DNA from: an uncultured Lachnospiraceae bacterium | GTDB lineage: Bacteria > Bacillota > Clostridia > Lachnospirales > Lachnospiraceae | Length of the DNA stretch: 32,000 bases | Direction: 5' to 3' | Assembly: GCA_910584915.1 (NCBI GenBank) | Contig: CAJUDM010000027.1 | Coordinates: forward strand, 37,359 to 69,358 | Shown here: piece after piece, positions 17,220 through 24,899 of the stretch | Layout: each line of letters starts with the position of its first letter | How positions within the stretch are numbered: the stretch's first letter is position 1 | Notes under the pieces: generated by a model | What the model was told of the DNA's origin: nothing | Seen by the model: only the letters and a program-made list of their open reading frames with translations | The model's database searches: none | Program-made: the position numbers and the translations under genes

Positions 17220-19289
17220 TCAACAGATCTCCGCACCCGCAGGCATCGCCTTCTCCGGCGTCATCAGCGCCAGATTTCCGTCCGCATCCTCCGCGCACAA
17301 AAGCATCCCCTCCGATGTAAGCCCCGCCATCTTCCTCGGCGCAAGGTTCACAAGCACCATCACCTTCTTTCCGACCATCTCCTCCGGCGAATAGTACTGT
17401 TTGATGCCCGAAAGGATCTGCCGCACCGAAGAACCGATCTTCACCTGGGAACAGAGCAGTTTTTTGGACTTCGGCACCTCCTTGCAGTCGATGATCTCGC
17501 CCACCTGGAACTGGCACTTCGCAAAATCATCATAGCTGATCTCCGGCTTCGCCTGGATGTCCATACAGCCGGAACCGGACTGATCCTGTCCCTCCTCCTT
17601 TTTCCCGGCATCTGCCGCCGATTTATCCTGAGATTCCTGGGCGGAACCTTCTGCAGAACTTTCCGCTGTCCCTGCCGCCGCCTTTCGCTCTGCGAACATC
17701 GCCTCCACCTTCTCCATCACTTCCTCCGGTTTCAGCCTCGCAAACAAAATCTCCGGTTTTTCCACCACCCGGTTCCCGGAAGGATAGAGCGCTCCGATCT
17801 CTTCTGCACTTCCCTCCTCGAGCTTATCGAAACCTATAAGCGGCGCATTGACCTGTTTTGCTATCTTCTGAGCAGTCTCCGGCATAAACGGCTCAAGCAG
17901 GCTGGCTCCCACCAGGATACCGTTTAACAGATTATAGAGCACCGTACTTAAGCGGTCTTTTTGCCCCTCATCCTTCGCCAGCGCCCAGGGCATGGTTTCA
18001 TCAATATATTTATTACACCTCTTAAATAAAGCAAAAATCTCACTGATCGCATCTGCCACCCGAAGGCCGTCCATCTTCGCCGCCACCTTCCGGTAAGCCT
18101 GCGCCGCCGTTTCCTTCAGATCGGCATCGATATCCGCCTGATCCCCTGTCACATTCTTATTTGCAGCCACGCCGTCAAAATATTTATTGCTCATGGAAAC
18201 AGTACGGTTCACCAGATTCCCCATGGTGTTTGCCAGATCGGAGTTAAAACGCTCGATCATCAGCTCCCAGGTGATCACGCCGTCGTTCTCAAAGGGCATC
18301 TCATGCAGTACAAAGTACCGCACCGCATCCACACCGAAGAAAGACACCAGATCCTCCGCATAGATCACATTGCCTTTGGATTTGCTCATCTTGCCATCCC
18401 CCTGTAACAGCCAGGGATGCCCGAACACCTGCTTCGGCAGCTCCTCCTCCAGCGCCATCAGGAAAATAGGCCAGTAGATCGTATGGAAGCGGATGATATC
18501 CTTTCCGATCAGATGCAGGTCCGCCGGCCACAGCTTTTTATACTGCTCTGTGGAATTTCCCTCCGCATCATAGCCGATGCCCGTGATATAGTTGGTCAGC
18601 GCATCCAGCCACACATAGACCACATGTTTCTCATCGAAATCGACAGGAATCCCCCATTTAAAGGATGTCCTCGAGACGCACAGATCCTGCAAGCCCGGCA
18701 GCAGGAAATTATTCATCATCTCATTTTTCCGGGACACCGGCTGGATAAATTCCGGATGCTCATTAATATGTTTGATCAGCCTGTCCGCATATTTGCTCAT
18801 CTTAAAGAAATATGCCTCCTCCTTCGCCGGCTTTACCTCCCTGCCGCAGTCCGGGCACTTCCCGTCCACAAGCTGGGATTCCGTCCAGAAAGATTCGCAG
18901 GGCGTACAGTACATCCCTTCATAAGCTCCCTTATAGATATCACCCTTTTCATAGAGGCGCTTAAATATTTTCTGAACCTGTTTTTCATGGTAATCATCCG
19001 TGGTCCTGATAAACTTGTCATAAGAAGTGTCCAAAGAATCGCATATCTCGCGGATCGTCTCCGCAACGCCGTCCACATATGCCTTCGGCGTAACACCCGC
19101 CTCTTCCGCCTTCAGTTCGATCTTCTGGCCATGCTCGTCCGTTCCCGTCTGGAAAAACACATCGTAGCCGTCTTTTCTCTTAAACCTGGCGATACTGTCC
19201 GCCAGCACGATCTCATAACTGTTCCCGATGTGGGGTTTGCCGGATGTGTAAGCGATCGCCGTTGTAATATAATATTTACCCTTGTTCAT
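17220..19289 (-). CDS. metG: methionine--tRNA ligase
   Basis: 689 aa with the HIGH-type motif KPHIGNSYE, the KMSKS motif, a zinc knuckle CPDCGREV, and a C-terminal Trbp111/EMAP-like tRNA-binding domain after a low-complexity linker. Confidence 0.95.
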   Translation of the reverse strand: MNKGKYYITTAIAYTSGKPHIGNSYEIVLADSIARFKRKDGYDVFFQTGTDEHGQKIELKAEEAGVTPKAYVDGVAETIREICDSLDTSYDKFIRTTDDYHEKQVQKIFKRLYEKGDIYKGAYEGMYCTPCESFWTESQLVDGKCPDCGREVKPAKEEAYFFKMSKYADRLIKHINEHPEFIQPVSRKNEMMNNFLLPGLQDLCVSRTSFKWGIPVDFDEKHVVYVWLDALTNYITGIGYDAEGNSTEQYKKLWPADLHLIGKDIIRFHTIYWPIFLMALEEELPKQVFGHPWLLQGDGKMSKSKGNVIYAEDLVSFFGVDAVRYFVLHEMPFENDGVITWELMIERFNSDLANTMGNLVNRTVSMSNKYFDGVAANKNVTGDQADIDADLKETAAQAYRKVAAKMDGLRVADAISEIFALFKRCNKYIDETMPWALAKDEGQKDRLSTVLYNLLNGILVGASLLEPFMPETAQKIAKQVNAPLIGFDKLEEGSAEEIGALYPSGNRVVEKPEILFARLKPEEVMEKVEAMFAERKAAAGTAESSAEGSAQESQDKSAADAGKKEEGQDQSGSGCMDIQAKPEISYDDFAKCQFQVGEIIDCKEVPKSKKLLCSQVKIGSSVRQILSGIKQYYSPEEMVGKKVMVLVNLAPRKMAGLTSEGMLLCAEDADGNLALMTPEKAMPAGAEIC

Positions 19290-19375
19290 TTTGTCATCCT
19301 CCCTGTCCCTTTATCCATGTCTATTTCATCTTTCACATAAATGGCTGTGTGTTCCTGTTCTGGTCAGCTTTCATA

Positions 19376-19597
19376 TCAATACATATCCTCATCATTTTCA
19401 GCTGATTCCATCGCCGTCATTGTCACCGCATTCGAAATATTCTTACTTATCATAAACGGCATCTGCTGCTCTCTCACGGATTGCCTCAGAAAAATATTAA
19501 ACGCGGTGGAAAGGCTCATTCCCAGTTCTGAAAATAAAGCGTCAGCCTGCGTTTTCAACTCTTCATCTACACGAAAAGTAACGTTTACACTCTTCAT
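19376..19597 (-). CDS. RelB/DinJ-family (ribbon-helix-helix) antitoxin-like protein, no partner toxin
   Basis: MKSVNVTFRVDEELKTQADALFSELGMSLSTAFNIFLRQSVREQQMPF... follows the DinJ/RelB N-terminal pattern. ATG 19597 has GGAGG 8 nt upstream. The track ORF start at 19612 is a TTG inside the leader. Confidence 0.75.
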   Translation of the reverse strand: MKSVNVTFRVDEELKTQADALFSELGMSLSTAFNIFLRQSVREQQMPFMISKNISNAVTMTAMESAENDEDMY

Positions 19598-19619
19598 ACT
19601 CGCCGCCTCCAATTTTTCT

Positions 19620-19633
19620 TATAATGCATTATA
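19620..19633. promoter_or_regulatory. perfect 14-bp palindrome overlapping the -10 box (candidate operator)
   Basis: TATAATGCATTATA is its own reverse complement. It overlaps the -10 hexamer and the predicted transcription start of the antitoxin-like gene. Confidence 0.45.
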
Positions 19634-19656
19634 CATAGTCTTTTTTTTTAAGTCAA
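19628..19656 (-). promoter_or_regulatory. near-consensus sigma-A promoter
   Basis: The minus strand reads TTGACT (19656-19651), a 17-nt spacer, then TATAAT (19633-19628). Confidence 0.7.
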
Positions 19657-19770
19657 CACAAATTGTGCTTTAAACGTGCATATTATGTGCATCCTTCTGT
19701 CTTCCTATACCAATGTCGGTTAAATACGTCTGTTCTTGTCCTTACGGAGTGACTGCAGGAAAAATATTTT

Positions 19771-20220
19771 TTATTCTTCAACCATACTCTCCAGATATCC
19801 CCTGTCCCACAGCAGGATCTTCAGCTTTTTTGCCGCCTCCACGGCAGGAGCCGTAAAATATTGGTTTGTCAGCACCGCCCCTACCATGCAGTCATAATAA
19901 TCCCGCCCGGCATAAGCCTCCTGCACCGCCTTTACGCCTACAGAGTCCCCATAGCACTTGCACTGGATCGCATAGGTGACGCCGTCCCGCTCCGCCAGGA
20001 TATCGATGCCGTAATCCCCGCTGCCCTTAGTCACCTCCACCTCTTTAAATCCCCGTTTTTGTAACAGGTCCGCGCAGTAATACTCGAAGTCATGGCCGTC
20101 CATCATGTCAAAATCCCTGCCATATCTCCGCCTTCTTCTGATAAATGATACGGCGAGCCACAAAAGCAGAAACACTGTCAGTAGTGTAATTGTTAAGATA
20201 ATGTATGTTTTTGCGTCCAT
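19771..20220 (-). CDS. membrane-anchored restriction-endonuclease-fold (Mrr_cat-like) protein
   Basis: 149 aa from ATG 20220. It has one N-terminal TM segment (YIILTITLLTVFLLLWLAVSFI) followed by RRRRR, then an Mrr-type core GHDFEYYCADLL...GSGDYGIDILAE...YAIQCKCY. The longer track ORF (to 20610) overlaps the ThuA-like gene out of frame and is rejected. Confidence 0.7.
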   Translation of the reverse strand: MDAKTYIILTITLLTVFLLLWLAVSFIRRRRRYGRDFDMMDGHDFEYYCADLLQKRGFKEVEVTKGSGDYGIDILAERDGVTYAIQCKCYGDSVGVKAVQEAYAGRDYYDCMVGAVLTNQYFTAPAVEAAKKLKILLWDRGYLESMVEE

Positions 20221-20311
20221 AAAGCTGTTATATCTTCTGTTCTTCCTTTCAATTTTATGACTGTCTGCAAACTCATTGTTTACTTTTTCCGCCCAAATGC
20301 TCTTGCGCAGT

Positions 20312-20911
20312 TCACCCTGCCCCGCCGTCCAGTAAGATCCCCAGCGCTTTTCTGAGCATATACTGAAACTCTTTTCTTTCCGTCGTTCTCTCATCATGTC
20401 CCGGCGCGAGAAAGCATACCCTTCCTCTCCCCGCATTCCTGCTCCACCCGGCAGGATATCTCTCCCCATCCATCTCATACCACAGAAAAATGTCATTTCC
20501 CTCATCGGCCTGCCTGAGCATATACGGCTCCTCCTCCATCGAACAGAGAAGTTCCTCTCCCTCATAATACCGAAGTTCACAATAAGGCGGATGGGTGATA
20601 AAATTTCCACCGTAAAACCTCTCCAGCCGGCTGTTGTCCGGTGTGATCATGCCGTTGTGGAGCACAAGTACCTTTCCCCCTCCCTCAATATATGACGCCA
20701 GTTTATCACCGAATCCGCCTTCGTCCGTATAATTGTCGATATAACTTAATACCACATCATACTCCCTCAGCCTCTCCTTTTCCATGGATCGGTAATCCAC
20801 CGACACCTCGCACTCCCCGGCTTCCCCGAACACTTTCACTATCCCGCCCGACACCCTGCCGAGCGGATGATATATCGCTTTTTCTTCGTCTCCCAAGATA
20901 AGTATTCTCAT
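20312..20911 (-). CDS. ThuA-domain (trehalose-utilisation-like, class I glutamine-amidotransferase-like fold) protein
   Basis: 199 aa. The pattern MRILILG...YDVVLSY...GGGKVLVLHNG...GGNFITHP...GWSRNAGRGRVCFLAPGHD follows the ThuA domain. A strong AGGAGGAAA ribosome-binding site is present. Confidence 0.7.
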   Translation of the reverse strand: MRILILGDEEKAIYHPLGRVSGGIVKVFGEAGECEVSVDYRSMEKERLREYDVVLSYIDNYTDEGGFGDKLASYIEGGGKVLVLHNGMITPDNSRLERFYGGNFITHPPYCELRYYEGEELLCSMEEEPYMLRQADEGNDIFLWYEMDGERYPAGWSRNAGRGRVCFLAPGHDERTTERKEFQYMLRKALGILLDGGAG

Positions 20912-20952
20912 GATTTCCTCCTCTGTCTCTCATTGCCTGCGAAAAGAAAAAA

Positions 20953-20970
20953 TACAATAATATTATTGTA
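20953..20970. promoter_or_regulatory. perfect 18-bp AT-rich palindrome upstream of the ThuA-like gene
   Basis: TACAATAATATTATTGTA is its own reverse complement, 42 nt upstream of ATG 20911. On the minus strand it contains an extended -10-like TGTTACAAT. Confidence 0.45.
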
Positions 20971-21013
20971 ACATATATGGCTGAAAAACGTCCAAAAAAT
21001 TCCTCCCTCTTCC

Positions 21014-21097
21014 GGCAATTTCATGACAGTTCGGCTATCCGACTGAGCCAAATCGCCAGCTGAATGACATTGCCGGCTGAACTGTTGCGAAATTGTC
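21014..21097. repeat. long imperfect inverted repeat / hairpin in the ThuA-DUF885 divergent region
   Basis: CAATTTC (21016-22) pairs with GAAATTG (21089-95), and ACAGTTC (21026-32) pairs with GAACTGT (21079-85). Flanking GC and wobble pairs extend the stem. The ~38-nt apical region has its own GGCT/AGCC stem. Confidence 0.5.
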
Positions 21098-21173
21098 CAT
21101 ATAAACAGCCTTCGGTGCTAATACATGCCCACCCCCGCATATATTGTAAGGACTTACCCTCTCAGGAGTTCTT

Positions 21174-23096
21174 ATGCGCATCCTAACAAAAATCCATAAT
21201 CTTTTCAAAGGTAAAACTACAGGCAAAAAACTGCTCCCGATCCTGTTCGCCGGCTTTCTGTTGTTTCTGACAGGTTTTTTATCTGTTTTTCTTCCACGGA
21301 GCATCCCCTCTTTTTTTGCGGATGCTTCCTACAATAAACTTTGCCGGGAGATCTTTCGCAGCGAACTGTCCGGCAATACGCTGACACTTCACTATACCCT
21401 TAAAAATCCGGCAGACTACGGCATCTATGAGGACGAAGCCCGCCTTCCCATATACTCTGCCGAAAGCCAGGCGCTTTCGAACGCCTCCCTCACCGACTGG
21501 CTGGAACAGCTCTCTGCCATCGACCGGGAAAAACTCTCCCCGGAAAACCGCTACAGCTATACACTGCTCACCCGCTATCTCACATTGCAGCAGTCCCTCT
21601 CGGATTTCCCCTGTTACGCAGAGCCGCTCTCCCCTAACAGCGGCATGCAGCAGACGCTTCCTGTCCTCTTTTCCGAGTACCGTTTTCAGAGGCGGAAAGA
21701 TATCGACGATTATCTCTCCCTGCTGTCACAGACAGGCAGTTATTTTCAGGGTCTCCTCTCCTATGAGCGGGAAAAAGCCGAAGCCGGGCTCTTTATGTCA
21801 AAAGAAGCTTCCGAAGCTCTGGTCCGCGGATGCGAAGCTTTTCTCACCGAGGACGCCATAAACAATGGTTCTCATTTTCTTGTGGATTCCTTTGCCGCCC
21901 GCCTTATGGAATTCCAGAAGGAATACCCGGAACTGCTCAGTGAAGAAGCCTTTGAGGATTATTATCAGGAGAATATAAAGATCTTAAAAGAAGATGTGAT
22001 GCCTGCTTATCGGGAACTGGCAGAAGAAATGACACTATTGTCAGAATCCGCCGCAGTAAAAAGCGATTCCTCAACCGGTTCCGCAAATACTGCCGAGATC
22101 TCCGAGAAGCAACGCTACTATGCGCTGCTGATACAAAAATCCACCGGTTCTGACCGTCCTGTGGAAGAAATTCAGGAAATGCTGTATGCACAGTTTGATT
22201 CTCTGCGCAGAGAACTTCTGCAGATGAAAAAACAGCAGGCCGCACAATCTGCTGACGATTCCTATGATCCGCAAAATACCTCCGCGCCCGACAGGCATAC
22301 CCATCCGCTCTCCGTAGAAGATATCCTTGTCTTCCTGCAGCAGGATATGCAGAAGGATTTCCCGCCTCTGCTCTCCGGCTCGGATCCCTCGTCCGGCGGC
22401 GTACTGAAAAAACAACTCCCTGCTATCTCCTGTGACATTAAATATATCTCCAAAAGCCTGTCCGCATCCAGCGCGCCGGCATTTTACCTGACGCCTCAGA
22501 TGGATGCCTTCCATAAGAATGTGATCTATATCAACCCTGATTCTTCCCTGGAAGGGACTGCTCTCTTCACCACCCTTGCCCATGAAGCCTTCCCCGGGCA
22601 TCTCTATCAGACAGTTTATGCAAGGGAGAGCAGCATTGCCGACAGAAAAAATCCGCTGCGCGGCATTCTCGACTATCCGGGATACGCGGAAGGCTGGGCT
22701 CTCTACGCGGAACTTAACGCATACGACTATGCTGCAGACTATTATGCTGTGGATACCGGAATCCTGAAAACCTCTCGCTCTCTGGAACTCTGCCTCTGTG
22801 CACTTTTGGACCTTCATATCCATTATTACGGCTTTACTCTTCCACAGGCACAAACGCTTCTCGCAATGTTCGGCATTCCCGAAGAAGCGGCAAAAGAGCT
22901 CTATACCTACATTGAACAGGAGCCCTCGAATTACCTGAAATATTACCTCAGTTATCTTGAGATCCTGTCTTTAAAGGAGGAAGCCGCCAGACTCTGGGGA
23001 GAAGACTATTCCGATTACCGTTTCCATCAGTTTTATCTGGATGCAGGTCCCTCGGATTTTCTATCTTTACAAGAGAGACTGCAGGATATCAGGTAG
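21174..23096 (+). CDS. DUF885-family protein (metallopeptidase-like), N-terminally membrane-anchored
   Basis: 640 aa with an N-terminal TM segment LLPILFAGFLLFLTGFLSVFL. The motif LAHEAFPGHLYQ corresponds to the conserved HExxPGH motif of DUF885. Confidence 0.8.
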   Translation: MRILTKIHNLFKGKTTGKKLLPILFAGFLLFLTGFLSVFLPRSIPSFFADASYNKLCREIFRSELSGNTLTLHYTLKNPADYGIYEDEARLPIYSAESQALSNASLTDWLEQLSAIDREKLSPENRYSYTLLTRYLTLQQSLSDFPCYAEPLSPNSGMQQTLPVLFSEYRFQRRKDIDDYLSLLSQTGSYFQGLLSYEREKAEAGLFMSKEASEALVRGCEAFLTEDAINNGSHFLVDSFAARLMEFQKEYPELLSEEAFEDYYQENIKILKEDVMPAYRELAEEMTLLSESAAVKSDSSTGSANTAEISEKQRYYALLIQKSTGSDRPVEEIQEMLYAQFDSLRRELLQMKKQQAAQSADDSYDPQNTSAPDRHTHPLSVEDILVFLQQDMQKDFPPLLSGSDPSSGGVLKKQLPAISCDIKYISKSLSASSAPAFYLTPQMDAFHKNVIYINPDSSLEGTALFTTLAHEAFPGHLYQTVYARESSIADRKNPLRGILDYPGYAEGWALYAELNAYDYAADYYAVDTGILKTSRSLELCLCALLDLHIHYYGFTLPQAQTLLAMFGIPEEAAKELYTYIEQEPSNYLKYYLSYLEILSLKEEAARLWGEDYSDYRFHQFYLDAGPSDFLSLQERLQDIR

Positions 23097-23153
23097 TTCA
23101 TCTGAATCATTGTCAGTCTGCCGCAGCCCTGGTATCTCCACACTAATTTCCAT

Positions 23154-23173
23154 CTGCCCGCTCCGGCGGGCAG
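23154..23173. terminator. GC-rich hairpin between convergent DUF885 and spmB
   Basis: CTGCCCGC-tccg-GCGGGCAG: 8 bp with a 4-nt loop. There is no U-tract on either side. Confidence 0.45.
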
Positions 23174-23243
23174 TCAAATCAGGACAATTTCGCCTGCACC
23201 GGCTTACCTCCGGGCTCAGATTACTGCACACATTCCTCTGCCG

Positions 23244-23762
23244 TTACAGATACAGCACCATCAGCATACTCACCGCGATTCCCGCCCCCGTCGCCAGCAA
23301 CGCCCCGGGCAGCGTCCACCTTGTCTTTTTCACTTTCGCCGCCATATAGTAAACACTCATCGTATAGAAACAGGTTTCCGTGCAGCTCATCATGATCGAA
23401 GTCAGGAGCCCTGTGCGGGAGTCCGGTCCGTACTGCTCAAAAATATCTAACACCAGCCCTGTCGCCGCGGACGAGGAAAACATTTTGATAAACACAAGCG
23501 GTACAAACTCAGCACCGATCCCCATTTTTTCCGTCAGCCCTCCAAAGACGCTCCCCAGCATCGAGAGAAACCCGGAAGCCCTGAGCACCCCCACCGCGAT
23601 CATCAGCCCCACCAATGTCGGGAGTACCGTCACAACAGTCTTCAATCCGTCCATCGCACCCTTCACAAAGGCATCATACACATCCGTCTTATTCAGCACT
23701 CCGTTTAATACAATATAAAATATCAATGCCGGAATAATGATCACCGAAAGCCGCATCAACAT
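23244..23762 (-). CDS. spmB: spore maturation protein B
   Basis: 172 aa, multi-TM, nucleoside-recognition-like membrane protein. It overlaps the spmA stop by 7 nt and has GGGAGGAAG upstream. Confidence 0.85.
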   Translation of the reverse strand: MLMRLSVIIIPALIFYIVLNGVLNKTDVYDAFVKGAMDGLKTVVTVLPTLVGLMIAVGVLRASGFLSMLGSVFGGLTEKMGIGAEFVPLVFIKMFSSSAATGLVLDIFEQYGPDSRTGLLTSIMMSCTETCFYTMSVYYMAAKVKKTRWTLPGALLATGAGIAVSMLMVLYL

Positions 23763-24385
23763 CCGCTCTTCCTCCCGTACTTAAGCTTGATATAGATGAC
23801 GCCCGCCAGTGTGGAGCAACAGGTGGCTAATATGGCCGGCAGAATGATCCCGGAAGGATTCAGAGAGCCGTATTTACTCCGGTAAACGATCATATTGACC
23901 GGAATGAGCTGCAGAGATGAGATATTCAGGATCAAAAACCCGCACATGGCATCGCTGGCAGCTCTCCCTCCCCTTTTCTTTCCATCCGCTTTACCATATC
24001 CCGGCGTCCCTCTCTCCTCCTCCAGTTTTGCCAGTTCCTCCATCGCTTTCAGCCCTGCAGGCGTACATGCCCAGCCAAGCCCCAGAATATTGGCGACCAG
24101 ATTTGTTGCGATAAATCCCCTCGCCGGATGATCCTGCGGCACATCCGGAAACAGAAAACTGATAAAGGGCTGCAGCTTTCTTGTAAATCGCTCTATCAGT
24201 CCCGCCTGTCCCGCGATCTCCATCAGCCCTACCCAGAGCGCCATTGCCCCCGCCATTGTAATGCACAGCGTCACCGCCGACTCCGCATACTCCAGACAGG
24301 CATTGGAGACTGCCTCCATATTCCCGGTAAACAGCGCATACAGAATCCCGATCAGGAGCATACCAGCCCAAATATAATTTAGCAT
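23756..24385 (-). CDS. spmA: spore maturation protein A
   Basis: MLNYIWAGMLLIGILYALFTGN... is the typical SpmA opening. The track ORF starts at TTG 24400. ATG 24385 has an AAGGGGAAG ribosome-binding site. Confidence 0.85.
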   Translation of the reverse strand: MLNYIWAGMLLIGILYALFTGNMEAVSNACLEYAESAVTLCITMAGAMALWVGLMEIAGQAGLIERFTRKLQPFISFLFPDVPQDHPARGFIATNLVANILGLGWACTPAGLKAMEELAKLEEERGTPGYGKADGKKRGGRAASDAMCGFLILNISSLQLIPVNMIVYRSKYGSLNPSGIILPAILATCCSTLAGVIYIKLKYGRKSGC

Positions 24386-24467
24386 AGTCTTCCCCTTCAA
24401 AGTCTTGTCTCTATATCTTTATGCGCCTGTCCGGAAAAACTTGACCATCCGGCTGATTTTATTTTGT

Positions 24468-24518
24468 AAGCCAAAAATAAAAGAACCCCCGAAACCGCTT
24501 ATTGTTTCAGAAGTTCTT
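24468..24518 (-). terminator. rho-independent terminator after the ACP gene
   Basis: AAGAAC/GTTCTT and GAAAC/GTTTC form a two-part stem (24481-24518). On the minus strand it is followed by UUAUUUUUGG. Confidence 0.6.
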
Positions 24519-24542
24519 CCAAATCCCTTTATTTCATGCTGC

Positions 24543-24779
24543 TCAGGCATCAATCCCCTGATCCTTGATAAACCGGATCACATCCCCCACAGTCTTGATG
24601 TTCTCCAGATCATCCGACGGAAATTCCACACCGTACTCTTCCTCACACTGCATAACCAGTTCAAACAGATCCAGGGAGTCAGCGTTCAGGTCATCCTTGA
24701 AGGAAGTCTCCTCCGTAATCTGGCTTGCATCCACTGTCCCCAGCTGTGTTTCTATGATTGCCGCAATTTTTTCTAACAT
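24543..24779 (-). CDS. acpP: acyl carrier protein
   Basis: 78 aa from ATG 24779, with AAGGAG 8 nt upstream. The phosphopantetheine attachment motif is LNADSLDLFELVM. Confidence 0.85.
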   Translation of the reverse strand: MLEKIAAIIETQLGTVDASQITEETSFKDDLNADSLDLFELVMQCEEEYGVEFPSDDLENIKTVGDVIRFIKDQGIDA

Positions 24780-24899
24780 CTTTTTGTCTCCTTTTTTTAA
24801 ATTCAGCCTTATCACATTTTGATATTCTGCTTCCGGTTTTGTTTATTAAAGCAGACGGCTTTCTTATTCTACACAGACTATAGTTTAGTTAGACTTTTC

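Noticed and set aside
16509-17927. 472-aa plus-strand ORF
   Set aside because: It is antisense to the GNAT and metG genes and crosses the metG terminator. It is extremely Arg/His/Leu/Pro-rich.
18417-19340. 307-aa plus-strand ORF
   Set aside because: It is antisense to the N-terminal half of metG, which is unambiguous.
19290-19375. T-box leader or toxin gene between the antitoxin-like gene and metG
   Set aside because: The gap is only 86 nt, too short for a T-box (roughly 200 nt or more). It can encode only a 13-aa peptide (MKADQNRNTQPFM), so no RelE/YafQ-sized ORF fits.
20221-20610. N-terminal 130-aa extension of the Mrr-like ORF (track 19771..20610)
   Set aside because: The extension overlaps the ThuA-like gene in another frame and is Arg/Trp/Met-rich nonsense. 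The domain architecture starts cleanly at ATG 20220.
21033-21049. tRNA D-arm-like sequence GGCTCAGTCGGATAGCC (minus strand)
   Set aside because: I could not build an acceptor stem, anticodon arm or T-arm (no GTTCGAATC-like box) around it, so it is not a tRNA gene. It is kept only as part of the hairpin finding.
22071-22853. 260-aa minus-strand ORF inside the DUF885 gene
   Set aside because: It is an antisense shadow frame of a well-supported gene.
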